This document shows positions 26,101 through 41,442 of a DNA stretch of 64,000 nucleotides, piece after piece. Where the stretch lies: the NCBI RefSeq assembly GCF_009914755.1, contig NC_060947.1; one strand, written 5' to 3'. This stretch comes from the human T2T-CHM13v2.0 reference genome, Homo sapiens. Every line of letters begins with the position of its first letter. Positions within the stretch are counted from its first letter, which is position 1. The translations under genes and the position numbers were made by a program. The notes under the pieces were generated by a model. That model was not told where the DNA came from and made no database searches. It saw only the letters and a list, made by a program, of their open reading frames with translations.

Positions 26101-29076
26101 AATTAAATCGCCACTGGTTACCTGGTTACATAGTCCCATAATATTTTTTCATATATAATTTTTCACTGGAGAAGCACATTCATTCCTACATAGGTTAGTT
26201 AAACAAAAAATGTGTCCATTTGCATTCCAAGACATTCTTACTGGCTATTCAGAGCCCCAAAGTTACATAATAATGTGCTGATCATCATTTTGGCAGGCAA
26301 TTTCTGTAGTGTGTAAGGTGAACCAGAAATTCTTCTGGTGTTAATTTGAATTTCCCTTCAAATGTAAGCCACTGGAGATGAGCCATACTTTTGGTTGTGT
26401 GAAGTCAGAGTGCAGGCCACTGATAACCTAATGCTGGGGAGGAGTCAATAGGCACCTCCTTATCACTGTAATACCTTTTTAGGAGGAATTTGGGATAGAG
26501 GGTTATTAAAAAATTCAGGAAAGGAAAAATATGGCATGCTTCTGTGATTGACTTTGACATGGATATTTGAGGGACTAAAAGGTCATTTTTATTTGAAATA
26601 AAAATAAACATTTGTGTGATTAAGCAAGTTTTTCCACAATAGCAACTACGACAGCCTTTTGTTCAGCTTTGTGTGGTGAGAGGAAGCCCTTATATTTTAA
26701 CTGACTGAAAGGTGTCGGAGCATAAGTGCTTCTAACCATGCTTAGGCTCCTTTAAAATGTCCTTGTTTAAGGTCAATAAAGCAAAACTTTTATCTATTTT
26801 ACTATGAAAAGATTTCAGTGGGAAATCTCTAAATTCTTGCTGGAAATCTGAGTGTTTAATGCCTAAACAACAAAAGGACTTGGCATTTTAGATAATTACT
26901 TTGATAAAGAATGTACTTGCTTAGTGCACAGTTTCAGGTGGACATGGGAAAGCCGTTGCAGTATACCTAATGACAACTGAAGATAAATGGCTCTGAGTTT
27001 ACTGTCTTGAAACAGTGTTGTGCTGTGCTTTGATTAATGGTTTTTTTATTTTGCATTGTCTTCTCCCACCGCTTACCATGTCCTAGCCACCAGAATACCA
27101 CACTTTAGTGCCCTGCCCTGCTCCTTTATGCTTTAGCTATATGATACAGTTCTTCATTCCCTAGGCGTATTCCTGCCTCTTTTTGTTTCCTGAGGGTAGC
27201 GTGCCTTCTTTCCCATGATTAATGCTTACTCATTCATCAAGGCTCCATTCAAATGTCACCTCTTTTAGGAAATCTCCAATGGACACCCCCTAATTCCAAA
27301 GTGAGTTAAACCTCCTCTATATGCTTTATGGCACACATCTCAATTGCACGATGTATCACATTATGTTGCAATTGTTAATGGGTGTGTCTTCCTAAAAGCG
27401 TTCTACAAGGGTAAGGACTGGTTTATGTGTGTATGTATGTATAAATGAACTAAATACTTTCCTTATTTTTTTTATGCTGGACCTTATTTTGGCAAGAACT
27501 TAAGACAACTAAAAGGCTATACAACAAAATAACAAGAAATAGGTGAGAAGAAGGTAGGAAATATGTTAATTAGGATGAAAATAGGGATGTGAATGAGGCA
27601 GATGAGGCCTGTGATTTTATTTTATCCATCTTCATATTTCTATAATGCTGCAAAGTGACTAGCATTTAGAAGACAGCTAGCATGCATAATTTTAAATTCA
27701 CTTATTTATTGAATTAATAATTAATTACTATTACCCTTGAATGTCACTCAGCAATATTTTACTAAAGCATTAAACCTTTTCCTGTTTATAGACTATTCAG
27801 TCACCAACCCCACGACATGACCTGTCAAGCACTGCAATTTGTCACTTTTATTTTTCCCAAAAGTTCTCCCCATTTATAGATGTGGAACCAGAGTCCTAGA
27901 GAGATTAAATTATTTGATCAGGATCACACAACTCAAACTTTGGTGAAATCACCACTCAAGACCTCATCTGCAAAATGACAAAAATGAAAGGGAACTCAGC
28001 ATTCATTTAGCCCAAGCTTTCACAATATATGACTCTAAAGTAATCCTGAGTGCAATTTATTAAAAGTCATTTCTCATTTTGACTCACTGTAATTCCCTGG
28101 TGTTCTTTTATTTTCAGTCTCTTCATAATTGGGCTGATTCCTGTAGAAATTTCATGCATTATTAAATTATTTGATTTATCTTGCTTCCCATATTTGTGAG
28201 CGGCTCTGTGTCGTGTAACTGCTTACTTGCAGGCTATTAAATTGGTCTCTTCTGATACGGACTTGCCTTTGCAGTTGTGGTAAGAGGTGAGCCCCATGAG
28301 CCAAGTGCATGAGTTTCGGATGTCTACATTACACGGGCACGTTACAGGAGCAAGTGTGCTACTGTCCCTTACTGCCCTTCAGAGCACGATTATTTCATCT
28401 ACGCCTGGAGAACGAGTGACTCTTTCCAAAGCCCAAGGAAGTTTGGTTGACATGAGAAAAGCAACAGTGGCTAGAGGGAAGAGCAAGGAGAAGAAAATAA
28501 GACAAACTTGAAGAGGTAGAAGGAAAGGACCGCTGATACTGATAGATTGCTAAAGGCAGAACAGAGTCATTTGTTTGGACGTCATTTTGAAATCACAATT
28601 ATCAAAACCACAAACGGAACACTGGAAGGAGACAAGCCTCTATGTGTCCCATAACACATCCCTCGGGATGTGAAAATTGAAGAGAAGACAGATGAAAATG
28701 ACTTTCTATGAGGTGATGACCAATTTCCTTATTTATATTTTGTTCTCAGGAAGTAATCAGGACTGGTTAGGAATGCAGTCTTATAATGTTTTGGCCCAAT
28801 CAGCATGCTTATCAGAGAACGTTTTTTAGAGTTCCCACAGTGTCTAAGTTTTTTTTTTTTTTTCCACAGAAAAATTGTTCGAGTAGTTGACAGAGTTTTG
28901 TTTGTGTAGCTTCTTTAAAGAGGGAAAGTGAATTTTAACCAGCCTCAGCATGAATCTTACAAAAGGATATCTTCCCTAGTCTACAATTATAATCCTGGGC
29001 TAGCTTATTATTTGCTCAATGGCTTCCAAAATGCAATACTACATCTATTACAACTTGTATTTTAAAAATGAAGCAA

Positions 29077-29377
29077 AATCATTATGCTAAATGAAATTAG
29101 CCAGTTACAGAAGAAGAAATACTGCATGATTCTACTTACATGAGAAATATAAAATGGTCACACTCATAGAAACAGATTGTAGAATGGTGGTTGCCAGCGG
29201 GTAGGGGAAGGGGAAAATGTGGAGCTGCTAATCAATGGGTGTAAAGTTTCAGTTACTGAGGATGAATACATTTAGAGATCCACTGTGCAACATTGTGCCT
29301 ATAGTTGACAATTCTGTATTTTACACATACAAACTTGTTAAGAGGGTAGATCTCATGCTAATTTTTCTTATCACAAA
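29077..29377 (+). mobile_element. L1MA/L1MB 3' UTR fragment
   Basis: cattatgctaaatgaaattagccag...ttaagagggtagatctcatg. Confidence 0.8.
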
Positions 29378-31149
29378 GAAATTCTATTTACAAAGCAGAG
29401 TTTCCAAATTGATCTTACAGAGTGCTTTAAAGTGCAAGTCTTGTGTTAAAGCTTTTGGATATTTAATGTTTCTAAACAAGATATCTCTAGGTAGAGTTGG
29501 GTGCCCTGGTTCGCAGTGAATTTAAGTGGTTTAATATTAAGTAACCAGAGATTGTGTACTTAAAACAGAAGGATGCTTCACCTCATTACTCTGGTTGATT
29601 GATGGTAAATTTCATTCAAAGTAGGTAAATAAATTTTGAATAATAACCCTTAAAACAGGAACTATAAGATAAAGTATGGTGTCTTTTCTACACAGCTAAG
29701 TTCTGGTGATTTTATTTTAAAAAGAGAACTAGTAGCTCTTGAGAGGGAAAAGTATAAAGACTCACTTTACAGCTGTGATAAAGCATCCAAGATAATAAAA
29801 AACAAGCAAGATTGTTAAGAGAAAGATAGATAACCCCCTAAGTAAAAACCAGCTTTCTATAGACAATGTCAATGAATCAAATCTCGGTATACCTAATTAT
29901 CTGGTCACCTTAATTTAGATAAAATTGTTTCTGAAAATAGGTGAATATACATAATATTTTTTAAATGATAAAGAAAAAAGTATTTGTTTCCTTTCATAAT
30001 GCAACGTCTCTGTAACTGGAAATTGTTCATCTAATTTACTAAAACAGGGAGCACTCAGTAGCTTTAGAATATTTTTAAAATTATCTTTTTTATATTAAAA
30101 TTTAAAAAATTGTAGCAGAGATTGAACAATTAAGCCGCACTTGTTAAAAAGTACATGGTTGTCCAAGTCACCATGTCAGCAATTAAAATGCCTTTCTGGC
30201 ATTTAATGAACATGTAACAAGAGGCTTTTACAACTGCTCATTATTTACCTATAGGATTTTAGTTTCCCCACATGATCCATTAAGTTTATCATGTAGATAC
30301 ACTTTTTGGGTCATTTTAAGCATAAAAGTGTGTTTGAAAGTTTCTAACAGTATCTGAGGAGCCATTAACAACTATTATGCAAATATGTATTAGGAACCTT
30401 TAAAAGTTTCTTCTTTTTTCTGCCATTTCATCTTGCTAATGTAGTCTAATTAGATCCAGCACATCTCCTAGATTAAGAGAGCAGTTATTCAGAATAGCAA
30501 TTTTGCTTCTCTGGAATAACAGTTTTATAAGGTATCATAATGGTTTTCTTGGCTGAATCCCCAACTTGCAATGTTAGTGTGAAGATTCCATATTCATTAA
30601 ATTTGCTTCTACATTCGTTTTATTGAGCTGAATGTGAGACAGGATGCTCACCAGAAGTGATTTTATGTGTTTTTTATGTGATTTTTATAGTTTAAGTCTA
30701 GAGCCAATGTGTAGAAATCAAAATCCATGGGAGATTTCTTAGAGGGACTGCTTTGATTCAATCAGTTCTCATTAACATGCATTTCATATGTGTCAATCAC
30801 TGAGTTAGGAGATCTGCCAGGCAGATATGCAGAAAAAATTAGCTACATACTCTGGTCTCAAGGAAGATGGCTTCAGTGTTAGACTGTCTACATAGTATTG
30901 GTCTAAAGTGTTATCTACACAGTAATGATATAAGTTAGAACTGGACATGGTAGATACATTAGATCTATTTGTTAAATAGACCTAAGAAACACTTTCTGAA
31001 GAAATGAACAAATGTACTTCATATAATAGAGGAATATGCAAATGTATTGAGAAGTCAAAAAAATAAGAACTTGCATCTAACTTAGAGAGCTTGTGGCTTG
31101 AATTTTGTGGAAAGCTTATCTTCTTTAGTGTAATGTTGAAACAACATGC

Positions 31150-32141
31150 AAAATAATAACAGCCATATACGACAAACCCCCAGCCAACACCATACTGAAT
31201 AGGCAAAAATGGAACCATTGCTCTTGGGAACTGGCACAAGACAAGGATGCCCTCTCTTACCACTCCTATTATAGGTAGTTCTGGAAATCCTTGCCAGAGC
31301 AATCAATGCAAAGGAAGAAAAATAAAGGCATTCAAATAGGAAGATAAGAAGTCAAACTATCTCTCTTTAGTGGTGATAATGATTCTATACATAGAAAACT
31401 CTAAAGACTCCACCAAAAGGCTCCTGGAACTATTAAACAACTTCAGTAAAGCTTCAGAAAACAAAGTCAATGTATAAAAATCAGTAGCATTTCTATACAC
31501 CAATAATGTTCATGCTGAGAACCAAATCAAGAACACAGTCCCATTTACAATAACCTGAAAAAAAAAGAAAAAACAAAACACCTAGGAATTCATCTGACCA
31601 AAAAGGTGGATAGTTCTTCTACAAGGAGAACTACAAAACACTGCTGAAAGAAATGAGAGATGACATAAATGAAAGAAAAAAAATTCTATGCTCTTGGATT
31701 GGAAAAATCATTATTGTTAAAATGGCCACACAGCCTAAAGTAATTTACAGATTCAATGTTATCCCTGTCAAAATACCAACAATATTTTTCATAGAATTAG
31801 AAAAATCTATTCTAAAATTCATATGTAACCACAAAAGAGCCCAGATAGCCAAAGCAATCCTAAGCAAAAAGAACAAAGTCAGAGGCATCACATTACATGA
31901 CTTCAAACTATACTATAAGGCTACAGTAAGAAAAACAGCATGGTACTGGTACAAAAAGAGACATATACACTAACAGAATAGGTTAGAGAACCCAGAAATA
32001 AAGCTACAAAGCTACAAACATCAGATCTTTGGCAAAATCTATCTATCTATCTATATACACACACATGTATATATATGTATATATATATACACGTGTATAT
32101 ATATATGTGTATATATATACGTGTGTATATATATATGCATA

Positions 32142-32174
<33 letters not shown>

Positions 32175-33660
32175 GCAATGAGGAAATCACTTCCTATTCA
32201 ATAAATTGTGCTGAGATAAACTGGTGAGCAATATTCAGAAGAGTAAAACTGGATTCCTTTCTTATACACAAAACGTAACTAAAGATGGATTAAAGATTTA
32301 AATGTAAGACCTCAAACTATAAAAATTCTAGAAAACCTAGAAAATACCCTTCTCGACATCAGCTTTGGCAAATAATTTTTGGCTAGGTCCCCAAAAGCAA
32401 TTGCAACAAAACCAAAAATGGACAAGAGGGACATGATTAAACTAATGAGCCTCTGTACAGCAAAATAAACTGTCAATAGCATAAACAAACACTATACATC
32501 TGAGAAGGGTCTAATATCCAGAAACTAAAAGAAACAAGTCAAAAAGTAAAAAAATAAAACATCCAGTTAAAAATAGGCAATAGACATGAACAAACACTTC
32601 TCAAAGGAGACATACAAGTGGCCAACAAACATAAGAAAAAATGCTCAAGATCACTAAGCATTAGAGAAATAGAAATCAAAATCACAATGAGATACTATCT
32701 CACACCAGTCAGAATGGCTGTTATTAAAAAATCAAAAGATAACACATGCTGGCGAGGTTGTAGTAAAAAAGGGAATGCTTATGCAATGTTGGTAGGAATA
32801 CAAATTAGTTAAGTCACTGTGGAAAGCAGTTTTGAGATTTTTCAAAGTACTTAAAACAAAACTGCCATTCAACTCAGCAGTTTCATACAGAGTATATACC
32901 TAAAAGAAACCAAATTGTTCTACCAAAAAGACACATGCACTGGCATGTTGATTGCAGCACTATTCACAATAGAAAAAGACATGGAATCAACCTAGGTGCC
33001 CACTAATGGTGGAGTGGATAAAGAAAATGTGGTACACATACACGATGGAATAATACACAGCCATAACAAAGAACAAAATCGTATCATTTTCAGCAACATG
33101 GATGCGACTGAAGGCCATTTTCTTAAGGCCATTATCTTAAGCAAATTAATGCAAGAACAGGAGACCAAATACCACGCATTCTATCTGATTAAGCATCTGA
33201 TCTTTGAAAAAATCGATAAATATAAGCAAGGAGGAAATGACTTCCTATTCAATAAATGGTGTTGGGATAAACGGGTGATCCATATGCAGAAGAGTGAAAC
33301 TGGACCCATCTAGTAGTGTCCACTGTCTATTCTTCCCATCTGTATGTCTATGTGTGTATAATAGTGTGTATACATTGTAAACATCGTATACACATAGACA
33401 TAAAGATGGGAACCATAGACAGTGGGGACTACTAGATGGGGAAAGGAGGGAGGGGGGCATAAGCTATAAAAACATCTGTTGGATATTATACTCACTACCT
33501 GGGTGACAGGATCACTTGTACCCCAATCCTCAGCATCACACAATGTACCCATGTAAGTACACCGCTGCACGTACACCATTTTATCTATGGTAAAATTGTG
33601 CACACACACCATTTTATCTATAATAAAAGTTGAAATTATAAAAAATAAAATAAATAAAAA
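31150..33660 (+). mobile_element. 5'-truncated old primate L1 (L1PA15/16-like), ORF2 3' part and 3' UTR
   Basis: ORF2 remnants ([30 protein letters not shown]), G-rich 3' UTR and A-rich tail. Confidence 0.9.
32038..32174. repeat. Compound (TCTA)n/(TA)n/(TG)n microsatellite inside L1
   Basis: Visible directly in the sequence. Confidence 0.95.
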
Positions 33661-34229
33661 TTTAATATGACTCAATTCATTAAAAATATTGATGTAAAGT
33701 ATAACTCTTTAAAGTCTTAGACTCGACAGTTATTTTGAAATAAGCATGTTCTTTGCTGTGGATGTAAATATTTAAGGGTATATGTCAGGAATTATGGAAA
33801 ATTGAAAAGAAAAATAGCAAATATAATAAGAGTATGAGATCTTAAATAAACATCCGTTTCTGCCTGGGTCAGACCCATGGAGAACTAAAAGAATGATGTT
33901 TAAGGGTATGACTGTCTCAATAATACAGACCTCAGAGGCTACAATGTCATTCCAAACATCTTAGTTTTCATTAATAACACATCATAGTGACTTATCCTTG
34001 AACTTAGTTAAGCATCTTTTCAGTATCCATTACCTCTTAAAGTAATGTAGTTTTGTAAGGTGGAAAATTTCCTTCTTCTTTTGTATTTCTCTCTTCAAGG
34101 TTAATTTATGTGAAATGCTATTCCTAATGCATGAATACATAGAAATATAGTGTGAATTATGCTGTCTTTCCTAAGTAGCTGAAAAATTCGACCTCATTTT
34201 TGTAGAAGTTATCATATGCATGTATTTGT

Positions 34230-35230
<1,001 letters not shown>

Positions 35231-35569
35231 GTATATCTGGTTGGGTAATATTATAATTATATGTTTACTTGTCTTTCTTCCCTTTCAGTCTGGCGCCCAT
35301 GTAGGGATAATCTATGTTATATTAATCACTGAATTTTCATTCCCATCTACGCATATTCAATGAAAAATATTTTTCCATAATTTGGAGTATCTGGTGCATG
35401 GAAGGCACTCATGAAATCTGCAAATAGATGAATAGCTTTGCTATCTATAGTGGAATTCCCCTCTTTGTGCCCTCAAATTACTTTTTTTCATACTTCAAGA
35501 GAGGTCTACTGGTTTTGATATAATACAATGTGGTGGACATGGCTACATCCTGTTTCTCCACCCCCCTTT

Positions 35570-36400
35570 AAGATCTTTCAGACTTCAATAACATATGTTC
35601 AGTATTTTTATCTTTCAGGTTGAAGACACACAGTCTTTTGATTCTTAGAAGGCACTTCTTTCTTTTCACTGATCATTTCTGTTGCCTTCCTCTGAATTTT
35701 CATCTCATTTATATCTTATTTGAGATGTGATAACACTATGCTCCTGGTGTGCACTCACCACAATCCTGTATGTCAATTGGATGCTGCATTTTGGCTTATT
35801 CCAGTATATTTTCTAATAAAGCTTAATATTTTCTAGAACTTTTTGTTTCTAAAAAACAGGGCCCAAAGACATACAAGTTTTCTTAGAGTAAAAATGTAAT
35901 AGCTCATAGCTTGAAATAGAATCGTGAGAATTTTTTTCTTGCCCTTGTCAGTAATGAAACTTATCTATAATTTTGTTTCTTTTTGATGTAGCCTTATGTA
36001 ATTTTCTTGCATTCTGTCCCTGGCAGTTTGGCATCTCACTGTCTCCAGAAGAGCTTAGTGTCAATTGCATTCTTTCCTTCAAATCACTTATAAAAACTGT
36101 CGGCTTAGGCTGAACCCTGGGAGATTTCTCCATTTGTACTTTCTGTCCAGAGCAATTTTCCCTTAGTCTTTGTTTCTTATTTTATAAGGCAATTCTCTAT
36201 TCATGGCAAAAACAGCTTCTCAACTTCGTGGTAACTCCAGTTGAAGATTATGTAAAGGTACTTTGAAAATGAAAATAACGTATCTGCTTGTTATATATTG
36301 TTGATATTATTAATTATTCACATTTATGAAGAGCTCAATCATGTTAATCAGCTGAACGTAAAGCAAATTCTCTTTTCATGAATATATTATGTCTTCTTGA
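35570..36400 (-). mobile_element. L3/CR1 fragment
   Basis: tctttcaggttgaa...gatcatttctgttgccttcctctgaa is the antisense CR1 3' region. Confidence 0.55.
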
Positions 36401-36658
36401 ATAAAGCAGTTAACTTATATATAGTGGGATGTCAATGTCACAGTAACTTGCCCCATATGCGGGTAAAATTTGTCATTCTTTGGCTTTAGAATCTCCATGA
36501 AAACTCTTCTTATAGATGCCAACTATCATCCTTTCAGCATTTTTAATGACTATTTACATTTTTTGACTAATAGCTCCACAATGCCACCCTTGGATTCTTT
36601 TAAAATTTTTGATGCATTTAATTTAATTTATTATTTAAATCTTTAAGATACTATAACT

Positions 36659-36917
36659 TTATTATTATTATTATTTGAGACGGAGTCTCACTCTGTTGCC
36701 CAGGCTGGAGTATAGTGGCGTGATCTCAGCTCACTGCAGCCTCCACTCCCGAGTTCAAGCGATTCTCCTGCCTCAGCCTCCCGAGTAGCTGGGAGTACAG
36801 GTGACAACAACCACGCCCATCTAATTTTTGTAATTTTTGTATAGACTAGGTTTCACCATGTAGGCCAGGCTGTTCTCGAACTCCTGACCTCAGGGAATTC
36901 ACCCACCTCGGCCTCCC
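36659..36917 (-). mobile_element. AluS, 5'-truncated
   Basis: (TTA)n tail; antisense dimer stops at ctcggcctccc. Confidence 0.92.
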
Positions 36918-37004
36918 GCCCTGCTTTATTATTTATTTAAATCCTTTTCTGAAGCTATTTTCTGACTTATAAGGTGTCTTATTTGACCTTTTAATGATTA
37001 CTTA

Positions 37005-38460
37005 CACATTTATTTAATTAACATTTATTGAATGGCTGCTAAGGATTGGGAACCTAGCAGTGAACAAGGTAGGTAGAAATGTCTGCCTTCATGCAGTTTA
37101 CATTCTTTTAGAGTTGACAGACAATAAACAAGCAAAAAAAAAATACTAGATTGGGTGGCCATAAATGCTATGAAATAAAAATAAAGCAGTTAAGAAGATA
37201 GAAGGTGGGTGGGATACTATTTAATACAAAGGGATTAGGAAAAGTTTTTCTAAAAATATAACATTTTAGCAGGCACCTGAATGATGGGAGGGCCTGAGTG
37301 ATGTGAGGAAGTCAGGTAGTTATCTGGAGAAAAGGGAGTTGCAGGCAGAGGGAACAGCAAGTGCATAGTCTCTGATATAGGCATGTGCTTGGCTTGTTCA
37401 ATGAACAGCAGGGAGTCTATTGCTACAGAAACAAAGTAAGTGAGTAGGAGAGTGGTAGGAAATGAGAACTAGGGATTTATCCAGAGTCCGGATGATGCAA
37501 GACCTTATAGACCATATTGAGGACTTTGAGTTTTATTCTTAGTAAGATAAGAAATCGTTTGATGGTTTTAAGCACTGGGGGAATCATAATGGCACTTGTT
37601 TAAAAATAAAAGTCTCATTACAGTGTGTATAGAATATATTGAGGCGTGGGGCGGTGGAAGCCAAAAGACAAATTTGGCAGCTCTTAGAGTAGGCAATTCA
37701 GATAAGAAACAATGATGACGTGAACGTGGGTGTCAGTGGAAGTCATCGAATTATGAATGTGTTTTGACAATGTGCCAGACTGCATATGCTGATGGACTAA
37801 TTGTGTAGTGTATGAGAAAGCTAAAAAATGATTCCAAGTTTTAAGCCTAGGCATTTGCAAGCATGGAGTTGAAGTTTAATGGGATAAGGAAGATGATGGG
37901 AAGAGCAGGATATTCCTGGGGAGTTGCAAAAGGATCATGCTTGGATTATGTTAGAATTTAGAAGCCTATTAGACATCCAAATAGAGATTTGTATCATCTC
38001 GATATACATGTCCAGATTTGGGAGAAAATTCTGGGCTAAAATTGTACATTTGCAAGTTGAAAGCTACTAGTATGCAGATGGTATTTAAAACTATGTGACT
38101 TGTTGAGATAGTCTAAAGAGTGCATATAAACTGAAAAGAGAAGAGGATTCCTTCTGGGAGGAGTCCTGGGGCACCCAGTTGTTTTGAGGTTTATGAAAGA
38201 AACCAACAAGAGTCTTAGAAGGAGTTGCCAGTGAGGTAGGAGGAAAATCAACAGAGTAGTGGCCCAGAAGACAAATGATGGAAGTGTTTCAAGAAAGAGT
38301 GTGTGATCTGTGATGTCAAATGTGACTGGCAGTTGAATAAAATGAGGAAAGAAACTTGACCATTGGACATGGCAAGATGGAGGTTATGGTCTCCCTGAAA
38401 AAAACTGTTTAAAAATGGAATAATGAGATCCACAGTCTAACTGGAGTAGACTAAAAAGGT
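37005..38460 (-). mobile_element. L2 (L2a-like) 3' 1.4 kb including an RT remnant
   Basis: Minus ORF LLFSVYMHSLDYLNKSHSFKYHLH matches L2 RT PLLFSLYxxxLxxxIxxxGFxYHLYADD; 3' terminus near 37010. Confidence 0.85.
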
Positions 38461-39404
38461 AATTTGAAACCAAAAATATAGACAGCACTTTTGAAGGGTT
38501 TTTTTTCTAAAGAGCAACAGGTTGAATGAAGGAATAGAGTAAAAAAAGAGTTGGAGTTGAATGCATGGGAGTGAGGGACATTCATGATGAGCAATTAATA
38601 GAAAAAGTCAATGTGTTGGTAGTCCCAGTGTGGTCAAAGAATTGTTTTAAAGGCACTAGAGGGAGTGACTTAGAAGAATACGAGGTGGCAGATAATGACA
38701 TATAAAATTGATACTTGGGAGAAGGTAAAATTTTAAGTAATGACAACGTCTAAGAAATAGCCATAGGCACATATCACTAAGGTAAGATGGATGACATTTG
38801 GACTGAAATTAGATCAGAGAAATCATATTCTTTGAGGAATTGTCTAAGATATGGGTGTTGAAGCCACTAAAAGTGGTGACAGGCATAAAAATCATTTAGG
38901 GGACAAATAGTTCAATAAATGGTAAGTAGAATAGAGAAGTCTCCATAATTAAAACAAGAATTGGAATTGGTGTGATTTGATGGCTTGTACTACACAGGAG
39001 CTGCGGATTTTGAAGCCAGAGATGAATGGTTTGCGAATGGCAATAGAAATAGGAAGACGTCCACTCCAACCTTTGAGCCTACTGATATGAGGAGTGTAAG
39101 AAAGTAAACAACTTTCACTTAAGTGGTAATGGGGAATCAGGGTTCTGAAGGGTTATCTAAAATCAAGTTAGAGCATATATGTAAGATAAACATTATGAAA
39201 GGAGATTTAGAATAAAGTAGATATGGTTCATAATAGACAGTGAGTTCCAAGGTATACAGTGAAAGATTCTTTGGGCTTAGAACACTGTGGAGATGGGGGG
39301 ATGAGCTGGGAGTCTTGGCCTGTTGTGGTGCAAGTTTCAGGATGTATTATAATCAGTAAGCATTTATATGTATTTGATAACATTTCATAAAGGCCTTTAT
39401 TTAA

Positions 39405-40640
39405 AAAAAATTCAACTTTTATTTAGATATATTGGGTACATGTGCAGATTTGTTACATGGGTATATTGTGTGATGCTGAAGATTGAGGTATAGATCCTCT
39501 CACCCAGGTAGTGAGGATAGTACCGAATAGTTAGTTTTTCAACCCATCCTGCCTCTCTCCCGCATCTAGTAGTCTGCAGTGTCTATTGTTTCCATCTTTA
39601 TGTCTGTGTATTGAATGTTTAGCTCCCAATTACATGTGAGAACATGTGGTATTTGATTTTCTCTTCCTGCATTCATCTGCTTATGATTATGGCCTCCAGC
39701 TGCATCTATGTCAATGCAAAGGGAATGATTTTGTTGTTCCTTATGGCTGTGTAGCATTCCATGGTGTTTATGTACCACGGTTTCTTTATCCAATCTACCA
39801 TTGATGGGCACCTAGGTTGATTCTATGTCTTTGCTATTGCGAATAGTGCTGTGATGAAAAAACAAGTACATGTATCTTTTTTGTAGAATGATTTATTTTC
39901 TTTGAGTTATATACTCAGTAATGGGATTGCTGGATCAAATGATAGTTTTGTTATAAGTACTTTGAGAAATCTCCAAACTACTTTCAATAGTGGATGAACT
40001 AATTTACATTCCCACCAATGGTGTATAAGTGTTCTCTTTTCTCAGTAACTTAACCTGCATCTGTTGTTTTTTGACTTTTTAATAACAGCCATTCTAACTG
40101 GTGTGAGATATTTTGTTGTGGTTTTTATTTGCATTTCTCTGCTGATTAGTGATGATGAACATTTTTTTCATATGTTTGTTGGCCACTTGTACATATCTTT
40201 TGAGAAGTGTTTGTTCATGTCTTTTGCTCATTATTTAATGGGGTTATTTGTTTCGTGCTTATTGATTTGTTTAATTTCCTTGTAGATTTTGTATATTAGA
40301 CCTATTAGTCCTTTGTCTGATGCATAGCTTGAGAATATATTCTCCCATTTTGTAGGTTTTCTGTTTACTCTATTGATAGTTTTGTTTGCTGTGTAGAAGC
40401 TTTTTAGTTTCATTAAGTCTCATTTATCAATTTTTGTTTTTGTTGCAATTGCTTTGGGGGACTTAGCCAGAAATTCTTTGCCAAAGCTAATGTTCCAGAA
40501 GGGTATTTCCTAGGTTTTCTTCTAGGAGTTTTATAATTTGAAATAGTACGTTTAAATCTTTAATTCAGGTTGAGTTAATTTTTGTATGTGGTCAAAGGGA
40601 GGGGTCCAGTTTAATTCTTCTGCATATGGCTAGCCAGGTA
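39405..40640 (-). mobile_element. L1PA15/16-like 3' fragment
   Basis: Antisense 3' UTR and ORF2 C-terminus ([23 protein letters not shown]). Confidence 0.9.
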
Positions 40641-40749
40641 TGTAAACACTGTTTTAAAATTAGATATTATGTCTTAAAATTGATGATGCCTTAGAATCAA
40701 GGAAGTATAGACATTACCATCAATAAAACAAGTTTGAAATGATTTAGAT

Positions 40750-40972
40750 GAGAGGTCAGAAAACTATAGCCCAAAGTCTAAATGCAGCCTGATGCCTGCT
40801 TTTATAAATAATATTTTATTGGAATCTAGCCACATCTCTTAATTGGTATTATCTCTGACTGCCTTGCAGTGATATGACAGAGTTGATTAGTGTAATAGAG
40901 TTTGTATGGCCTGCAAAGGTGAAAATATTTACTATCTGTCCCTTTACAGAAAAAGTTTATCAAATTTTGATC
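40750..40972 (+). mobile_element. MER58A MITE
   Basis: aaactatagcccaaagtctaaatgcagcc...tggcctgcaaaggtgaaaatatttactatctgtccctttacagaaaaagttt. Confidence 0.8.
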
Positions 40973-41019
40973 CATCGAATTTTATTGGGGAAATATTGTT
41001 TTAATGTAAATTTATTTTA

Positions 41020-41290
41020 TGTACCCCTCCCAGGGACTCTGATTTAGTCAGCCTGGGGTATATCCTAGGACACTGTGCACTTCACAATTGCCCCAGGTAA
41101 TTCTCATGCAGAATAACTAAGGAACAGACTTAAAGGTACTTTGCTATAGATCGGGCTTGCTCAAATTTTCTTGCTGCTAAGAATATTCTTGGGTGATTGA
41201 CAAATCAGTGAGTTGTAGGCCTGGCAAGTGTACTTTGGTAAATATCCATGGGTGATTTTTATCTTCAGAAAAGTTTAGGAAACTTTGGAC
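41020..41290. mobile_element. MER5-family hAT fragments
   Basis: ccagggactctgatttagtcagcctgggg...ccccaggtaattctcatgca. Confidence 0.55.
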
Positions 41291-41442
41291 TGGATACTCA
41301 GTTTAACCGGGAGCTATGCCTGCAATTCAAATAATCAGCACTCGATGATTGTATACCCTTTCTTTAAGCATTGTTAGGCACTGAACTATTTTCTAAGGGG
41401 AGTACCAGTCAATCATCCACTGTCAGTTCGAGAAGATAGCCC

